DNA of 63,910 bases, filler included, from Squatina squatina (taxonomy: Eukaryota): assembly GCA_031763465.1 (NCBI GenBank). It is 3 parts of 3 records of this genome, joined end to end, with 100 filler letters (N's around TTAATTAATTAA, not from the genome) between each part and the next. Parts side by side here need not be neighbours in the genome. Positions count along the whole stretch, not along the records: positions 51,882 to 63,910 come from JARFOE010000057.1; 2 more parts are not named here. The stretch is one strand, 5' to 3'. The notes under the pieces are model-generated. The model did not search any database, had not been told where the DNA came from, and saw only the letters and a program-made list of their open reading frames with translations. The position numbers and the translations under genes are program-made. Positions 62,183 through 63,910 of this stretch are shown here, one piece after another (positions within the stretch are counted from its first letter, which is position 1; the number at the start of each line of letters is the position of its first letter).

Positions 62183-63910
62183 CTAAAATATTCAGTTATG
62201 CCCTCTGTAGACCATCTTCTGTCACTGCGTAATGTTTGAATTGTAAACATAGTAACGTATAATTTATGCATGCATACCCATCTTCAGTACACAACATTTG
62301 TCTCTGTTTAATTGCTTACTCTCTTAAACAGAAGTCAAAATGAGCTAGTGGCCAAGTTGAAGCAAACTGTATCACCTCAGATGAAAACTTGGGTACACAG
62401 TCTTTATTTCTTTTCAAAAAATGTTTTTAAGTGTGTGAGCTTTCTAGGGGTTAATCTTTGGATGTATTTTTGATACAGCTAGATTGTAAAGGAGGTGTGG
62501 GGGTGGGTGGAATGAGGTATAACTAATCTATGAATGTTCTTAATCCTCACCAGGGCTTTGTAAACTAAATTAGTGAAATTGTGTCATTATTCTGCTCGTC
62601 CCCATGGTGGGGTCCATATACAGCTATGGAAAGAGTATGATTTGAGATACACAAAAGACAGGTTTACCTGCCTCAGCTGGATGTATTGAAAAACGAATGA
62701 TACATTTTTATTTATCTTGTTTTTAAAAGGTCTCAAAACACTTAAGTACTTTTCTGTAGCATTTTAAAGCCTTATTTCTTTTCTTAATAAATATATGATC
62801 CTACATTTTAAAATCTTAAGCTCAAGATGGTGTGTTTTTCATGGTCAGTAATTATGTGTAAAACTAATTATATTAGGCATTATATTAGAAACAAAAAAAG
62901 CTCCTTGGAAAGAAATAAGGTTGCAAAGGGACATTGTACCAGTACTAGAGTGTATTGATGAACCCTGGNNNNNNNNNNNNNNNNNNNNNNNNNNNNNNNN
63001 NNNNNNNNNNNNNNNNNNNNNNNNNNNNNNNNNNNNNNNNNNNNNNNNNNNNNNNNNNNNNNNNNNNNTGCTGAGAGCTGTCAGTCTACCATCGACTTGA
63101 TATCTCAGTTATGAATCCAAAGTTGGAGCTTGACTTGACATCAGAGTGAAGAGGAGGGCTTTGTGCTCCACTTCGCTCCAGAGACAGGTCAGTCCTTAAT
63201 GCCAGATTTACACTACACCAGATTAGAGTCCATCATACAAAGCCAAAATCACTTCACACCAGTGCTGAAGTTACAGAATAACTGCACCCTCAATGCATAC
63301 AGATTGCTTAGGCCTTAATAAATGTTGAGAATGATTCATGCAATAGATGATAGGCAAATTTATATGTGAAAGTAATGGCGAGGTGTATTTTCAGTTTCGA
63401 TTTTGCCTCCAAGTGGCATTACACTGTAACAGATGGAAGCACCAACATCACATGTATTTTATCATATTTTAATCTGTGAAAAAATAATTTGTATTTAGGT
63501 AATCTCACAAACTATTTATTTTGTGTTTTGTGAAATGTTTTACCGTTGGTGGGTAGTGTCAATGTCTACTGTAATCTTCCAGGAGTTGTCTGGACATGAG
63601 CTTTTAGAATTTCAGGGAAATTATACTATATATAACTAGTTATTCCTCAAGGGTGGCAGTTGTTCATTAAATGTTGATTTTCTGTCAAAAGGAATTATTA
63701 ATCTACCATTCTAAATGGATTTAAGTTGCAGAAGGACATTGTAATAAACTATTATGTATACCTTTTAAATTGGTTGCCAAAAAATTTATGTACTTCATAT
63801 GAAGGGGAAGGGCAAATTGAATTTTTAATCTTTTGTATTTCACTGGTATTATTTTCCCTCTAATAATCGAATCAGTTTCATTCCCTGAAGCTTTTTGACA
63901 CTTAACATAA

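Overview
Eukaryotic, intron-rich vertebrate DNA from a very fragmented draft assembly. The repeat families point to a cartilaginous fish (shark): CR1/HER1-type tails, Deu-domain SINEs, Penelope-like, RTE and Harbinger-like elements. Two artificial spacers (44 N + TTAATTAATTAA + 44 N, at 24685-24784 and 51782-51881) split the window into three concatenated blocks. Block 1 (1-24684) holds the 5' end of FHIP2A/FAM160B1 on the minus strand (coding exons 1-3) and its CpG-island promoter, which carries a tandem array of CTCF-like cores. Block 2 (24785-51781) holds exons of TACC3 (-), TMEM129 (+) and SLBP (+), in the human 4p16.3 order, followed by CCDC142 (+). Block 3 (51882-63910) holds one exon of an RGD-clade integrin alpha (-) and a few unassigned exon candidates. 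The rest is intronic or intergenic sequence with decayed transposons. I see no prokaryotic system, CRISPR array or intact mobile element, and nothing that supports a new biological system. The best leads are the CTCF-like array, a Penelope hammerhead-relic palindrome split by a hAT MITE, an unexplained antisense ORF in a CCDC142 intron, and the SLBP-CCDC142 adjacency. All gene identities come from recalled protein similarity, not from database searches.
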